From Candidatus Cloacimonadota bacterium (GTDB lineage Bacteria > Cloacimonadota > Cloacimonadia > G963667145), in contig OY762940.1 in NCBI GenBank assembly GCA_963667255.1, positions 288,001 to 352,000 on the forward strand: a DNA stretch of 64,000 bases. Reading direction: 5' to 3'. Shown here in pieces: positions 1-10,738 of this stretch. The position numbers were made by a program, and so were the translations under genes. The first letter of the stretch is position 1. The number at the start of each line of letters is the position of its first letter. Under the pieces are notes generated by a model. That model was not told the origin of the DNA. It was given only the letters and a program-made list of their open reading frames with translations, and made no database searches.

Positions 1-692
1 CTCCATTAGGTACAGGAAATGGAGGTCTAAATTGGAATAAAGTTAAACAAATATTAGAAAATCATTTGTCTAATGTTAATTGTGAAATATTTATATATGA
101 GCCAAATTCGACGATCAAAGAAGCATTAAAAAAAGAAAGAGTAAAACTTACACCTGCAAGAGCAATGCTTCTTTCTGTTTTATATGAATTAGTTCGTAAC
201 GGTGAATTTGTTTCTGAATTTGCAGCAGAAAAAGTTGCATATTTTCTTCAACGCTTTGGAGCAAAAGAAACTTTCAAATTAAATTTTCAACCTAATTTTT
301 ATGGACCCTATTCTGGGAAAGTAAAGTTTGTCTTATACCATCTAAATGGCAGTTACATTATGGGGTATAGCTCTAAAGATAAGAAACCTTTTGAGGAATT
401 AGGACTTGTTTGTGATGCAGAAAAAGATGTTGATGATTTTTTAAATAAACTGGAAAATGCAGAAAATAAAATGATTGTTGAAAAAACGAAAAAATTCTTA
501 ACTGGGTTTTATTCTCCATTTGGATTAGAACTTCTTTCAACAATTGACTTTATTACTACAGAAAAAAAAAATAGCAAACAAGATGAAATTACTCAAGAAT
601 TAAAGAATTGGAGTAACAGAAAAAAGACATTATTTAATAATCCGAAATTTATACAAGTAGCTACACAACATATCCATCTACATATTAAATAA
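1..692 (+). CDS. darG: Macrodomain protein, DarG-type antitoxin (5'-truncated by window edge)
   Basis: Frame is open from position 3: PLGTGNGGLNWNKVKQILENHL..EIFIYEP (end of macrodomain), followed by LTPARAMLL, YFLQ, YGPYS and GLELLSTIDF motifs typical of the DarG C-terminal region. Confidence 0.8.
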   Translation, partial: PLGTGNGGLNWNKVKQILENHLSNVNCEIFIYEPNSTIKEALKKERVKLTPARAMLLSVLYELVRNGEFVSEFAAEKVAYFLQRFGAKETFKLNFQPNFYGPYSGKVKFVLYHLNGSYIMGYSSKDKKPFEELGLVCDAEKDVDDFLNKLENAENKMIVEKTKKFLTGFYSPFGLELLSTIDFITTEKKNSKQDEITQELKNWSNRKKTLFNNPKFIQVATQHIHLHIK

Positions 693-955
693 AAAATTAT
701 AGGCATTATTTCCCATCAGCAATGGTATAAAATGCAAATTGTAAAATCTGTATTTTACCTAAAATTTTATCAAAATTGAAGAATTAACATAATACAAACC
801 AACCTCTTCTCTTACATTTTCTTGTCATCAATAATTTCTCCAAATAACACGCCTTAAACTCTCCAGCCTTATTCCATTTTATCATTGACACCAAAGCACC
901 TTTTCTTTCCTTTGCACGAAATATAAACTCAATAATACGAAAAGGAGTTACAATC

Positions 956-2188
956 ATGGAATCAACCTTTAGCAAAATCGGACAATGCCTCAGCAACTTC
1001 CAAGCTGGTCTCAAACAGCAAGGAATCACACTGGAAGAGTATATAAACGACAATTACAAAAATAAATGGCTTTCCGACGAATTGTATCATATTTTCAAAA
1101 TCAAAACAACTTTTATGAACGCAGCCACTCAATTTTTGGCAAACGAAGGCTTGATAAATTTGGAAAAACTCCTGATGAGCGTGGTTACAGACCCGTTGGC
1201 TCACGATATCGAGCACACACCGACTATCTCTTACAAAGGCAACAGCTATGTGACTACTCACTCAATGATTTACAGCAAATTCCTCGCTTGCTCCAATCCG
1301 AAAATTAAGGGCGTTTTCGTGGACTCTCCGAATATCCGTTTGGAGCTGGAAAGCCCGACTCATCAACAAAGAGGTCGCTATCTGATTGACTTTTCGCAAA
1401 TCGACATCGAGATGAAAAGAGACCGCTATGTTACTTTGGACGAATATTTTTCCAAAGAAGATGAAATCTTGGAGCTCATCAAGAACGATAGTGCCAAAGC
1501 CAGAAATTTGTTCGAAAGAATGATAAAGCACATCTGCGAGGAGCTCAACAAATATAACAAAGAGGATATGGACGCACTTGATGTGCAGTTCCCTGTTCCG
1601 GCTGTCCCTTTCCCCGAATACACCTACGACTACGCTGTGGGTAAATATGGTAAAAAAACAGGCGAAGAAGAGGTTGGCAACGAAACTGACGACCAATTCT
1701 TTTGGATTACAGGTATCAAACGCGAGAACTACGATTTGATTTACCCGTTCCACAAAAAGGATGGCTCCAGCGTTTCCTTGGAAGATGTTACTTCCGAAAA
1801 CATTTTCAACTACGATTTGGTGGCTAAGACCGTGAAAAAAGACGGCACGAGGCTCACTGCTAAAGAGATTTTGTCTGGCGGAGTGAGAGAGTGGCTCTAC
1901 GAACCGATTGTGCAAAGAATTTTGGCAAACAAAGTCTTGAATGTTCGCCCAAATATCAAAGACGGCTACTTAGAAAATATCGAAGAGATGGCAGGTTACG
2001 GACCGTTTTTGATGTTCGCCAGCATGAAAAAGGACGACGGCACTCCGGTATTCCCCTCAACCATGGGCGGAGGACTCGGTGTGGAGAGATTCCTCTTCGC
2101 TACACTTCGTGGCGACAATATCCAAAAAATCGACGATGTAACCTTCTTCGGGAAAAACCCCGATTCACATTCACTATATCTTTTCTAA
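956..2188 (+). CDS. Asparagine synthetase A, archaeal AsnRS-derived type (class II aaRS catalytic fold, no anticodon domain)
   Basis: TDPL, THSMI, SPNIRLE (motif 2), FSQIDIE, SGGVREW and GGGLGVER (motif 3); no N-terminal OB fold; RBS AAGGAG. Confidence 0.75.
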   Translation: MESTFSKIGQCLSNFQAGLKQQGITLEEYINDNYKNKWLSDELYHIFKIKTTFMNAATQFLANEGLINLEKLLMSVVTDPLAHDIEHTPTISYKGNSYVTTHSMIYSKFLACSNPKIKGVFVDSPNIRLELESPTHQQRGRYLIDFSQIDIEMKRDRYVTLDEYFSKEDEILELIKNDSAKARNLFERMIKHICEELNKYNKEDMDALDVQFPVPAVPFPEYTYDYAVGKYGKKTGEEEVGNETDDQFFWITGIKRENYDLIYPFHKKDGSSVSLEDVTSENIFNYDLVAKTVKKDGTRLTAKEILSGGVREWLYEPIVQRILANKVLNVRPNIKDGYLENIEEMAGYGPFLMFASMKKDDGTPVFPSTMGGGLGVERFLFATLRGDNIQKIDDVTFFGKNPDSHSLYLF

Positions 2189-2209
2189 TAAGTAAGCAAA
2201 ATTATGAGA

Positions 2210-2243
2210 AAAGGCTGAGAAAATTTCTCAGCCTTTACTTTTA
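2210..2243 (+). terminator. Intrinsic terminator
   Basis: AAAGGCTGAGAAA / TTTCTCAGCCTTT stem followed by a T-rich tract. Confidence 0.75.
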
Positions 2244-2383
2244 TTTCAAAAATCTAAACGACCAATTTTATCTCTCTATTTTAACTTAAACCATTAATCT
2301 TCAAATTTATTTCATACATAAATACCATTTAATTTAACTTTACAAATAAATACTCCTATTTATTTTTGTTTCGGAGGCATAAT

Positions 2384-3415
2384 ATGAAATTTACCAAAGA
2401 AATTGTGGGAGCAATTAAGCGATTCATAATAGAAAATATAGAAGCACACCCTAATGATATTTCCTCTGTTGTTGTGGGGCATTTTGAGATAACAAAACCA
2501 ACCTCATTAAAATATATTAATGAACTAATTGAAGATGATATTATTGAAAAAACAGGCAAAGGAAAATACCCTGCTTATATGCTTAAAAATAAGTCTTTTG
2601 AATTGAAGATAAAAATAACCAAAGAGTTGGAAGAAGATGCAATATGGCGAGAAGAAATTTCTTCTAAAGTAAAAGATTTGCCGGAAAATGTCAGGAAAAT
2701 CTGCCAGTATGGGTTTACTGAAATGGTAAATAATGTCATAGACCATTCTGATGGAAATTTTTTAACAATAACCCTTATAACTAACGCTAAAAAAATAGAA
2801 TTTTTGATTAGAGATGATGGAATAGGAATTTTCAACAAAATACAACAAGACCTTGAATTGGATAACCCAAAACATGCTATTTTAGAACTGGCAAAAGGAA
2901 AATTTACCTCTGACCCCAAAAACCACACAGGAGAAGGAATATTTTTTACTTCTAGAATGTTTGACTCATTTATGATTTTATCTGATGAACTCTACTTCTC
3001 AAGCAATAAAAATTCAGAAGACTGGCTATTTGAAAACAAAAAAGACAAAATAAACGGAACTTTTGTGTTTATGGCAATATCAAAAACATCAACTTTAGAT
3101 ATGATAGATGTTTTTAACGAATATGCAGACCCAAATAAAGTGCCGGGCTTTCATCGAACTGTAGTTCCAGTTAAACTCATGGAATACGAAGGAGAGTCGT
3201 TACTCTCAAGGTCTCAAGCAAAAAGATTAATAAATAGATTTGACCATTTCTTAGAAGTTATTCTTGATTTTGAGGGAGTAAAAATGATTGGGCAAGCATT
3301 TGCAGATCAGATATTTAGAGTTTTTACAAATGCACATCCAAATGTTAATCTTGTAGCGATAAACACAATTGATGAAGTGCAAAATATGATAAATTATGTA
3401 AAATCGAATAAGTGA
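2384..3415 (+). CDS. wHTH + HATPase_c-like + STAS-like (DUF4325) protein
   Basis: EMVNNVIDHS (N box), DDGIGIF (G1), HTGEGIFFTSR; C-terminal SRSQAKR..LDFEGV..IGQAFADQIFRVF; RBS GGAGG before ATG 2384. Confidence 0.8.
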   Translation: MKFTKEIVGAIKRFIIENIEAHPNDISSVVVGHFEITKPTSLKYINELIEDDIIEKTGKGKYPAYMLKNKSFELKIKITKELEEDAIWREEISSKVKDLPENVRKICQYGFTEMVNNVIDHSDGNFLTITLITNAKKIEFLIRDDGIGIFNKIQQDLELDNPKHAILELAKGKFTSDPKNHTGEGIFFTSRMFDSFMILSDELYFSSNKNSEDWLFENKKDKINGTFVFMAISKTSTLDMIDVFNEYADPNKVPGFHRTVVPVKLMEYEGESLLSRSQAKRLINRFDHFLEVILDFEGVKMIGQAFADQIFRVFTNAHPNVNLVAINTIDEVQNMINYVKSNK

Positions 3416-3437
3416 TTCTATTAGCTTTTTTTACAAA

Positions 3438-4148
3438 TCAACTACCCGCCACCGTCTCCAACGCAACTTCCATCATATTGGTGTAAGTGTTTTGTCGGCT
3501 CTCGGGGCTGTCGGCTTCGCCTGTCACCAAGCTGTCGCTGACGGTCAAAATTGCCAGTGCCTGCACTCCGAATTTGGCAGCAATAGTGTATAGTGCGGCA
3601 GCTTCCATCTCCACAGCGAGAACCCCAAATTCAGCCCACTTCTTCCACGCGTTCGGGTCGTCCTCATAAAAAATATCACTGGAAAAAATATTGCCGACCT
3701 TTGTTGGAACATTCTTCTTTTTCGCCTCGGAATAAGCCTTTTGCAGAAGGTCAAAATCGGCTGTAGGTGCAAAGTCAGCTCCACCGAAACGCAGTTTATT
3801 TACCGCCCAATTGCTTGAGGCAGCCATAGCCATTACCAAGCTACCCAACGGCAAATCGGCTTGCATACTCCCGCAAGAACCGACTCTTATCAACTTCTTC
3901 GCTCCAAACTCCTGAATAAGTTCCGTGGCATATATGCTGAACGAAGGCATCCCCATACCGGAGCCTTGCACTGAGACAGGTTTCCCCTTGTATGTGCCGG
4001 TGTAGCCCAGCATCCCTCTGACATCGTTGTGAAGAACAGCGTTATCCAGATAATTTTCGGCAATGAATTTGGCACGAAGAGGATCGCCCGGCATCAACAC
4101 CGCATCGGCGATTTTGACTCCACTTTTACAAGAAATATGCACTCCCAT
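3438..4148 (-). CDS. deoD: Purine-nucleoside phosphorylase
   Basis: VLMPGDPLRAKFIA, GMGMPS, VEMEAAALY motifs. Confidence 0.95.
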   Translation of the reverse strand: MGVHISCKSGVKIADAVLMPGDPLRAKFIAENYLDNAVLHNDVRGMLGYTGTYKGKPVSVQGSGMGMPSFSIYATELIQEFGAKKLIRVGSCGSMQADLPLGSLVMAMAASSNWAVNKLRFGGADFAPTADFDLLQKAYSEAKKKNVPTKVGNIFSSDIFYEDDPNAWKKWAEFGVLAVEMEAAALYTIAAKFGVQALAILTVSDSLVTGEADSPESRQNTYTNMMEVALETVAGS

Positions 4149-4151
4149 ACT

Positions 4152-5828
4152 TTACTCCTTGATTTTTTTCAGAGACTGAGCAATGTTCAAAGATTTGTCT
4201 CCGATATGCTCAAAAATTTGCAAGAGATCCATATAAATAAGCTCGCCGCGGATGTTTATCTCCTCGTTTTTTTCCAATCTATATTTGGAAGCCTTCCTGA
4301 GTTTATTCCGCAAACCGTTAATCTTGTCCTCTATCTCGTAGGCTCTTTTCAAATCCCGTGAATGCAATTTTTGCATAGAAATGTCCAAATGCTCTTTGAG
4401 GAAGTCGATAAATCCACCGACAATGCCAGAATAAACTTCCAACTCCCGCTTGGCTTTTTCATGAAATCGATACTTCTTCCGCTTAATCTTTTCCGTAAGA
4501 AAAACAAGCTGATAGCAATAATCGCAAATGCTCTCTATCTCGTTGACTACCCTCGTCATTATCAAAATATTGTTGGCAGTATCTTCGCTGATGTTTTCGC
4601 GATTACATTTATTCAGATATTTGGAAATCTCAATCTGCATCTTGTCAGACAAATCTTCTTGCTTTTTCGCATTATCAAGAGCCTTGCTCAAATCCTCCGT
4701 ATCATCAAAATACGCCTGTTTATAATTGCCATACATCTCGCCAGCAAGCACCAACATTTTGCGAATCTCATTCTTCGCCGTAATCAACTCCAACTCGGGA
4801 GCTTTTTGCAGATTAGTGGAAAGGTATTGCAAAGAGTATCCGTATTTTTTCTCCTTCTCGGATTTGAAAACCAATTTGGAAGAAACAACCGCAATATATT
4901 TAACCAAAAAGATGCAAATACAAGTGTTAACGATATTAAACAAAGTGTGGAACAAGGAGACATTGAGAGGAAAATTCGCCAATAAACTGGAATCCCAAGG
5001 GGTAATCTTTAGGACAAATTCAGAAAACGGACGGAACAAAACCAGCATCCACATCACACCGAAAACATTAAACAGAAAATGTGCTCGTGCCGCTGTTTTC
5101 GCCACCTTATTAGTCGTGATGGCAGCCAAATTGGCGGTAATGGTCGTTCCGATGTTTTCCCCCAAAACCATAGCCATAGCCAAGGGAAGAGGTATCCACC
5201 CTTTGTATAGCATAGTCACGGTAATCGCCATAGATGCGGAGGAAGACTGAACAACCAAAGTAAGAATAGTGCCTACCAAAACAAAAAGAATAATAGAGCC
5301 AAAACCAAATCCTGTATAAGCCGACAAAAAACTCATAACTTCCGGACTATGCTTGATGTCGGGAACAGAATTTTTGAGATAATCCAACCCGATGAACAAC
5401 AACCCAAAGCCGATAAGCAAACTGCCAATATCTTTCCATTTTTGATTTTTCATGAAAGAGAGAGGGAAACCGACACCAACTATTGCCAAAGCGATAGCGG
5501 AAATTTTGAACTTGAAGCCGAAAAAGGAGACAATCCAAGTCGTAACAGTAGTGCCGATATTGGCACCCATTATCACACCGATAGACTGTATCAGAGTCAG
5601 CATCCCTGCGTTAACGAAGCTAACCACCATCACCGTGGTAGCAGAAGAAGACTGAATAATCGCCGTCACCAAACAGCCGGTCAGCACACCCATAAAGCGA
5701 TTATTGGTCATGTAATTCAAAACCGTTTTGAGGCGACTGCCTGCGACTCTCTGCAAAGCATCGCTCATAATCTTCATTCCAAAAAGAAAAATTCCCAGTG
5801 AACCTAACAATTCCAAAAATTTTAACAT
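4152..5828 (-). CDS. Na+/phosphate cotransporter family protein with PhoU-like C-terminus
   Basis: Two QSSS repeats, GANIGTT and GENIGTT, C-terminal EHIGD helical bundle. Confidence 0.92.
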   Translation of the reverse strand: MLKFLELLGSLGIFLFGMKIMSDALQRVAGSRLKTVLNYMTNNRFMGVLTGCLVTAIIQSSSATTVMVVSFVNAGMLTLIQSIGVIMGANIGTTVTTWIVSFFGFKFKISAIALAIVGVGFPLSFMKNQKWKDIGSLLIGFGLLFIGLDYLKNSVPDIKHSPEVMSFLSAYTGFGFGSIILFVLVGTILTLVVQSSSASMAITVTMLYKGWIPLPLAMAMVLGENIGTTITANLAAITTNKVAKTAARAHFLFNVFGVMWMLVLFRPFSEFVLKITPWDSSLLANFPLNVSLFHTLFNIVNTCICIFLVKYIAVVSSKLVFKSEKEKKYGYSLQYLSTNLQKAPELELITAKNEIRKMLVLAGEMYGNYKQAYFDDTEDLSKALDNAKKQEDLSDKMQIEISKYLNKCNRENISEDTANNILIMTRVVNEIESICDYCYQLVFLTEKIKRKKYRFHEKAKRELEVYSGIVGGFIDFLKEHLDISMQKLHSRDLKRAYEIEDKINGLRNKLRKASKYRLEKNEEINIRGELIYMDLLQIFEHIGDKSLNIAQSLKKIKE

Positions 5829-5857
5829 TTTCTTTTCTCCGTTAAATTAGTCCAAAC

Positions 5858-6586
5858 TCAGATTCCCAAAACTTTGTCCAAAAACTTTTTAGTTCTCTCA
5901 TTTTGAGGATTGCCAAATAACTCTTGCGGAGTGTTTTCCTCTACGATAACGCCATCATCCATAAAGACCACACGGTCGGAAACTTCGTTGGCAAATCCCA
6001 TCTGATGAGTCACCAAAATCAGTGTCATCCCGTGATTAGCCAGAGATTTGATAATCTCCAAAACTTCCCCGATAACCTCAGGGTCGAGAGCGGAAGTCGG
6101 CTCATCAAAAAGCATAATCTCAGGCTCCATAGCCAAAGCTCTGGCGATAGCAACCCGCTGTTTTTGCCCACCGGACAGTGCGGAAGGATAAACATCTTTC
6201 TTGTCATCAAGCCCCACTTGCCCAAGCAGCTTCAGAGCCAACTCCTCAGCAACTTTGGGGTCAATTTTCTTCACTTTTCTCGGAGCCAATGTGATATTTT
6301 GCAAAACTGTCAAATGAGGGAAAAGATTGAAATGTTGGAAAACCATCCCCACCTTTTGTCTCATCTCCACCGGATTGTTGCTCGGGTCCAAAATATCCAT
6401 GTCCTTGATGTAAATATGACCACCTGTCGGCTCTTCCATCAGATTGATGCAGCGAAGAAATGTAGATTTGCCGGAGCCGGACGGACCTATTATGCAAATC
6501 GTGTCTTTCTCTTTAATATCGTAATCGATGCCTTTCAGGACCTGCAAGTCTCCGAAAGACTTTTGCAAATTTCTAACTTTAATCAT
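5858..6586 (-). CDS. Polar amino-acid ABC transporter ATP-binding subunit (GlnQ-like)
   Basis: [34 protein letters not shown]. Confidence 0.95.
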   Translation of the reverse strand: MIKVRNLQKSFGDLQVLKGIDYDIKEKDTICIIGPSGSGKSTFLRCINLMEEPTGGHIYIKDMDILDPSNNPVEMRQKVGMVFQHFNLFPHLTVLQNITLAPRKVKKIDPKVAEELALKLLGQVGLDDKKDVYPSALSGGQKQRVAIARALAMEPEIMLFDEPTSALDPEVIGEVLEIIKSLANHGMTLILVTHQMGFANEVSDRVVFMDDGVIVEENTPQELFGNPQNERTKKFLDKVLGI

Positions 6587-7253
6587 TATCCAACCTTTTC
6601 TCTAAATAAGATACCAATTTGGAAATAGCAAAAGTCATAACAAGATAAACTAAAGCCACACCTATATAAACCGTAAACGCCTCAAAAGTAACCGACACAT
6701 ACAATTGCCCCTTGCGAGTCAGTTCGGTAACGCCTATCACAGACAAGAGGGAAGTGTCCTTGAGCAAAATTATGAACTCGTTACCCAGAGGAGGCACTAT
6801 CCTTTTGAAAGCTTGTGGCAATATCACCAATCGCATCACCATTCTCGGAGGCATTCCCAATGATTTGGCGGCTTCCCACTGACCCTTGGCAATAGAAACT
6901 ATCCCCGCTCTGAAAATCTCCGCTACATACGCTCCACTATTGACAGAGCAAACGAAAATGCCCGCAAACATAGGCGACAAACGGATAGACTGCCCGAAAA
7001 TATCCGAGCAAAGAGACGGGAATCCAAAATAAACCAGCAATATCTGCACAAACAGAGGAGTCCCCCTGACCACATCTACATAAACACTAGCCGGATATCT
7101 TAAGAATTTACTGGAAGAAAGCTTGCCGAGACTCGTGAATAGACCGATAAGAACACCGAAGAAAACCGAAACACTGGTAATCTCTACCGTCAATATCGCC
7201 CCATCCAAGAGGCTCGGCAAAACATCTAAAAAAACACTAAAACTTTGAATCAA
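6579..7253 (-). CDS. Polar amino-acid ABC transporter permease
   Basis: [30 protein letters not shown]. Confidence 0.93.
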   Translation of the reverse strand: MIQSFSVFLDVLPSLLDGAILTVEITSVSVFFGVLIGLFTSLGKLSSSKFLRYPASVYVDVVRGTPLFVQILLVYFGFPSLCSDIFGQSIRLSPMFAGIFVCSVNSGAYVAEIFRAGIVSIAKGQWEAAKSLGMPPRMVMRLVILPQAFKRIVPPLGNEFIILLKDTSLLSVIGVTELTRKGQLYVSVTFEAFTVYIGVALVYLVMTFAISKLVSYLEKRLDND

Positions 7254-7268
7254 AACAAACCCGTCAGA

Positions 7269-8003
7269 TTAAAAGTATTTAGCCATAATTTTGTCATACT
7301 CACCGCTTTCGATAAGATTAGCAAGACCCTTATTCACTTTGCTCAAAAGCTCTTCGTTCTTCTTATTCATAGCAAAGCCGTAGCTTTCGCTTGTCAGAGT
7401 GCTACCGACCATCTTAACATCATCAGGTTTTTTGGAGACATACACTTTGGTTACAGGCAAGTCGTTGATTACAGCTTCCACTCCACCATTGACAAGGTCA
7501 AGCATCGCCATATCGATAGTATTGAAAGTAACTATTTTGCCGATTTTGCCCTCAGCTTGCAACTCTTCAGCTTTGATAGCCCCGGTCGTGCCGATTTGCA
7601 CACCGACAGTTTTACCTTGCAAATCGTCCACAGATTTGGTTACATCGTCATTAGCCTTCACAGCCAAAGCAAGACCTGCGTTTATATACGGCGAAGAGAA
7701 AGAGACCTTTTTCTCTCTTTCCTCAGTAATGGTCATCCCCGAAGCAGCGATGTCGATATTGCCGGCTTCCAAGGCAGGAATGAGCCCGTCAAATCCAAGA
7801 CCTTTGATTTCCACCTCAAACCCTTGGTCAGCAGCAATAGCTTTGATAAGGTCAATGTCAAATCCAACTATCTCTCCCGAAGATTTGTCAATATACTCAA
7901 ACGGGGGGAAAGTGGACTCTGTGCCCACAACCACAACAGATTTTTTCTTCGCACATGACAAAAGTGCAAAAGCAACTAGCACAAAACACATTATTTTCTT
8001 CAT
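7269..8003 (-). CDS. Polar amino-acid ABC transporter substrate-binding lipoprotein
   Basis: Lipobox LLSC, FPPFE, GFDIDL, GMTITEER. Confidence 0.93.
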   Translation of the reverse strand: MKKIMCFVLVAFALLSCAKKKSVVVVGTESTFPPFEYIDKSSGEIVGFDIDLIKAIAADQGFEVEIKGLGFDGLIPALEAGNIDIAASGMTITEEREKKVSFSSPYINAGLALAVKANDDVTKSVDDLQGKTVGVQIGTTGAIKAEELQAEGKIGKIVTFNTIDMAMLDLVNGGVEAVINDLPVTKVYVSKKPDDVKMVGSTLTSESYGFAMNKKNEELLSKVNKGLANLIESGEYDKIMAKYF

Positions 8004-8104
8004 TATTTTTCTCTCCTTTGGCGGACATGAAGAGGACTCCGCCTACATATTTGTGATTCCCATCTTTATCTCCAAATGAAAGCCGTCAAATAAAAATAAT
8101 GAAA

Positions 8105-8130
8105 AAGGCAGAAACAAAAGTTTCCGCCTT
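8105..8130 (-). terminator. Probable terminator of the 2-oxoacid oxidoreductase operon
   Basis: AAGGCAGAAAC-AAAA-GTTTCCGCCTT hairpin with an A-run on its left (U-tract on the minus strand). Confidence 0.55.
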
Positions 8131-8155
8131 CATTTATACTTAAGCATGTTATAGG

Positions 8156-8695
8156 CTATTCTTTGGCAAACTCCATACCTTTCTTTATCGCTTGCATATT
8201 AAGCTCCAACAAATCAGGATTCTTTTCCCCCATAAAAGCTACCAAATCTTCTTCCACAGATTCATGTTTGACCACTTTTGTAGCTTCTATGAAAATACCT
8301 ATTGCCAACATATTTACAATTTTCATACTTCCCATATCACTGGCAACCCTGCTCATGGGCATTTCTATTACTCTGATATCTTTCCGCTTTGTCCCGTTCG
8401 GACACATATCGGAATTCACTATCAAAACTCCGCCTTTTACTACCAGAGGTTCAAATTTATCAACGGAAGGTTGATTAAGAGCTATAACCACATCGGGAGT
8501 ATTGACTATCGGAGAAGCTATCTCTTCATCAGAGAAAATTACCGAGCAATTCGCTGTCCCGCCTCGCATAGCCGGACCGTATGAGGGTAACCAAGTAACC
8601 TCTTTCCCCTCTTTCATGGAGGCTTTAGCCAAAAATTTACCGATGGTCAATGCGCCTTGACCTCCGAAACCGGAACAAATTAATCTTACTTTCAT
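8156..8695 (-). CDS. 2-oxoacid:ferredoxin oxidoreductase gamma subunit
   Basis: GFGGQG, WLPSYGPAMRGG. Confidence 0.92.
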   Translation of the reverse strand: MKVRLICSGFGGQGALTIGKFLAKASMKEGKEVTWLPSYGPAMRGGTANCSVIFSDEEIASPIVNTPDVVIALNQPSVDKFEPLVVKGGVLIVNSDMCPNGTKRKDIRVIEMPMSRVASDMGSMKIVNMLAIGIFIEATKVVKHESVEEDLVAFMGEKNPDLLELNMQAIKKGMEFAKE

Positions 8696-9438
8696 TATTT
8701 TGCCCCCTTATCTCTTATCAATCCTATAGGGTAAACAGGCAACATCTCTTTTTTTGCCCAATTCGTTGCTTCCACAGCATCTTTGCCCCAATTAGTCGGG
8801 CAAGTTGAGATGAGTTCTACCAAGGAAAACCCCTTCCGCTCTTTATTGTATTGCAGAGCTTTTTTCACCGCTTTTTTAGCTTTGATAATGCTTGGGGCGT
8901 CCAAAAGTGAAACTCTCTCTATAAAAACTGGAGCTTCCAAAGAATCTATCAGTTCACACACTTTGATAGGATAACCCACATCATTTACATCCCTACCATA
9001 TGGAGAAGTCGTAGCTTTCATTCCTGCCAAAGTAGTCGGAGCCATTTGTCCGCCCGTCATGCCATAAATAGCATTATTGATAAAAAATACGGACATATTT
9101 TCGCCACGATTGGCAGCATGAATAATCTCGGCAGTGCCTATAGCTGCCAAATCACCATCTCCCTGATATGTGAACACAATAGAGTCAGGTCTGGAGCGAG
9201 ATATTCCCGTGGCAACAGCAGGAGCTCTACCATGAGCAGCAGAGGTAAAATCACAATTAAAAAATCGGTAAGCAAATACAGAACAACCTACCGGACAAAC
9301 TCCAATACATTTTTTCGTAATGCCCAATTCGTCCATACTCTCGGCAATCAACCTGTGAGCAACACCGTGTAAACACCCGGGACAGTAGGTAAATTGTCTG
9401 TCAGAAAGAGCTTTAGGTCTTGTAGCAATGATTTTCAT
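8695..9438 (-). CDS. 2-oxoacid:ferredoxin oxidoreductase beta (TPP-binding) subunit
   Basis: YCPGC, HGRAPAVATG, QGDGD, NNAIYGMTGGQ. Confidence 0.93.
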   Translation of the reverse strand: MKIIATRPKALSDRQFTYCPGCLHGVAHRLIAESMDELGITKKCIGVCPVGCSVFAYRFFNCDFTSAAHGRAPAVATGISRSRPDSIVFTYQGDGDLAAIGTAEIIHAANRGENMSVFFINNAIYGMTGGQMAPTTLAGMKATTSPYGRDVNDVGYPIKVCELIDSLEAPVFIERVSLLDAPSIIKAKKAVKKALQYNKERKGFSLVELISTCPTNWGKDAVEATNWAKKEMLPVYPIGLIRDKGAK

Positions 9439-10526
9439 TATTTCACCTCCCCAAGCTTACTATCTACATAATTCTTTACATCATCGGGAGTAAAAACCAT
9501 GCCTCCACTTCTGCCGTAAAAATCGACTTTTGTCATTCCTTCAATAGCCAAACGCACATCCTCTACCATTTGCCCTTTGGAAAGTTCAACAACAAAAACC
9601 TTTTTGACATTTTTGGCAGCTTTTTTGATGGCATTATAGGGGAAAGGCCAAAGAGTTTTGGGACGAATGAGACCTACACTTTTCCCTTCTTCTTTATACA
9701 TCTCAACAACTGTCTTAGCTATACGACCAGATGTCCCGTAAGCAACAAACAGGATTTCGTTGTCATTGCTAATGTTATCTTCCTCCCAGTCAGTTTCATT
9801 TCTGGCAATAACATCGTATTTCTTATATAGTGCTTCTACATTTTCTTCAAGTTTTTGGGGGTCAATCTCAAAAGATTTGATAACATTTTTGTCACTGTTG
9901 TCTTCTTCATCTCGCGGATGCATACACCAACTTTTATGCTGTTCCCTCAACGCCTTAATCTCATCGTCAGTCTTCATCGGAGGGAAGTCCGTCGGCTCCA
10001 TCATCTGCCCAATAAGACCATCAGTCAATATCATCACGGGAATCCTATACTTATCTGCCAAATCAAAAGCTTTGAACATCATATCCGCAGACTCTTGCAC
10101 AGATGCAGGTGCTAAAACTATCAAGTGATAATCTCCATGTCCACCACCCTTAGTAGCTTGAAAATAATCGGATTGAGCAGGTTGTATATCTCCAAGTCCT
10201 GGACCACCTCTAACCACATTTACAAAAACAAATGGCAAATGAGCTCCAGCACAATAAGAGACTCCTTCCATTTTGAGAGAAATCCCTGGGGAAGAAGAAG
10301 AGGTCAAACACCTAATACCGCAACCGGCAGCACCGTAAATCATGTTGATAGCAGAAATCTCGGATTCCGACTGTATAAATTTGCCTCCGCACTTTGGCAA
10401 CATTTTAGCCATATATTCAATAAGTTCACTTTGAGGAGTTATAGGATATCCAAAATAATTTCGACATCCGGCTCTCAAAGCAGCCTCTCCCAAAGCTTCA
10501 TTGCCTTTCATCAATACCTTAGACAT
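9438..10526 (-). CDS. 2-oxoacid:ferredoxin oxidoreductase alpha subunit (VorB-like)
   Basis: GNEALGEAA, GYPITPQSE, TSSSSPGISL, RGGPGLG. Confidence 0.92.
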   Translation of the reverse strand: MSKVLMKGNEALGEAALRAGCRNYFGYPITPQSELIEYMAKMLPKCGGKFIQSESEISAINMIYGAAGCGIRCLTSSSSPGISLKMEGVSYCAGAHLPFVFVNVVRGGPGLGDIQPAQSDYFQATKGGGHGDYHLIVLAPASVQESADMMFKAFDLADKYRIPVMILTDGLIGQMMEPTDFPPMKTDDEIKALREQHKSWCMHPRDEEDNSDKNVIKSFEIDPQKLEENVEALYKKYDVIARNETDWEEDNISNDNEILFVAYGTSGRIAKTVVEMYKEEGKSVGLIRPKTLWPFPYNAIKKAAKNVKKVFVVELSKGQMVEDVRLAIEGMTKVDFYGRSGGMVFTPDDVKNYVDSKLGEVK

Positions 10527-10534
10527 TTTCCCTC

Positions 10535-10738
10535 CTATTTTTCTATAGTTATTGCCACATCAGGACAAACCTGATAACACATCTTACAGGCAATACACTG
10601 AGACTGATCTGTGCATTCCGCATAATGATAGCCTTGTTGATTTATACCTTTGGAAAAAGAGATTAACTTCTTAGGACATGCCGCCATACACAGACCACAT
10701 CCCTTGCAATAAAAGGGATCAACTGTCATTTTCGCCAT
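10535..10738 (-). CDS. 2[4Fe-4S] ferredoxin, oxidoreductase delta subunit
   Basis: CKGCGLCMAACP and CIACKMCYQVCP; RBS GGAGG before ATG 10738. Confidence 0.93.
   Translation of the reverse strand: MAKMTVDPFYCKGCGLCMAACPKKLISFSKGINQQGYHYAECTDQSQCIACKMCYQVCPDVAITIEK

Noticed and set aside
700..745. CCCATCAGCAATGGTATAAAA after darG as an attC remnant
   Set aside because: No AAC core and no matching right arm.
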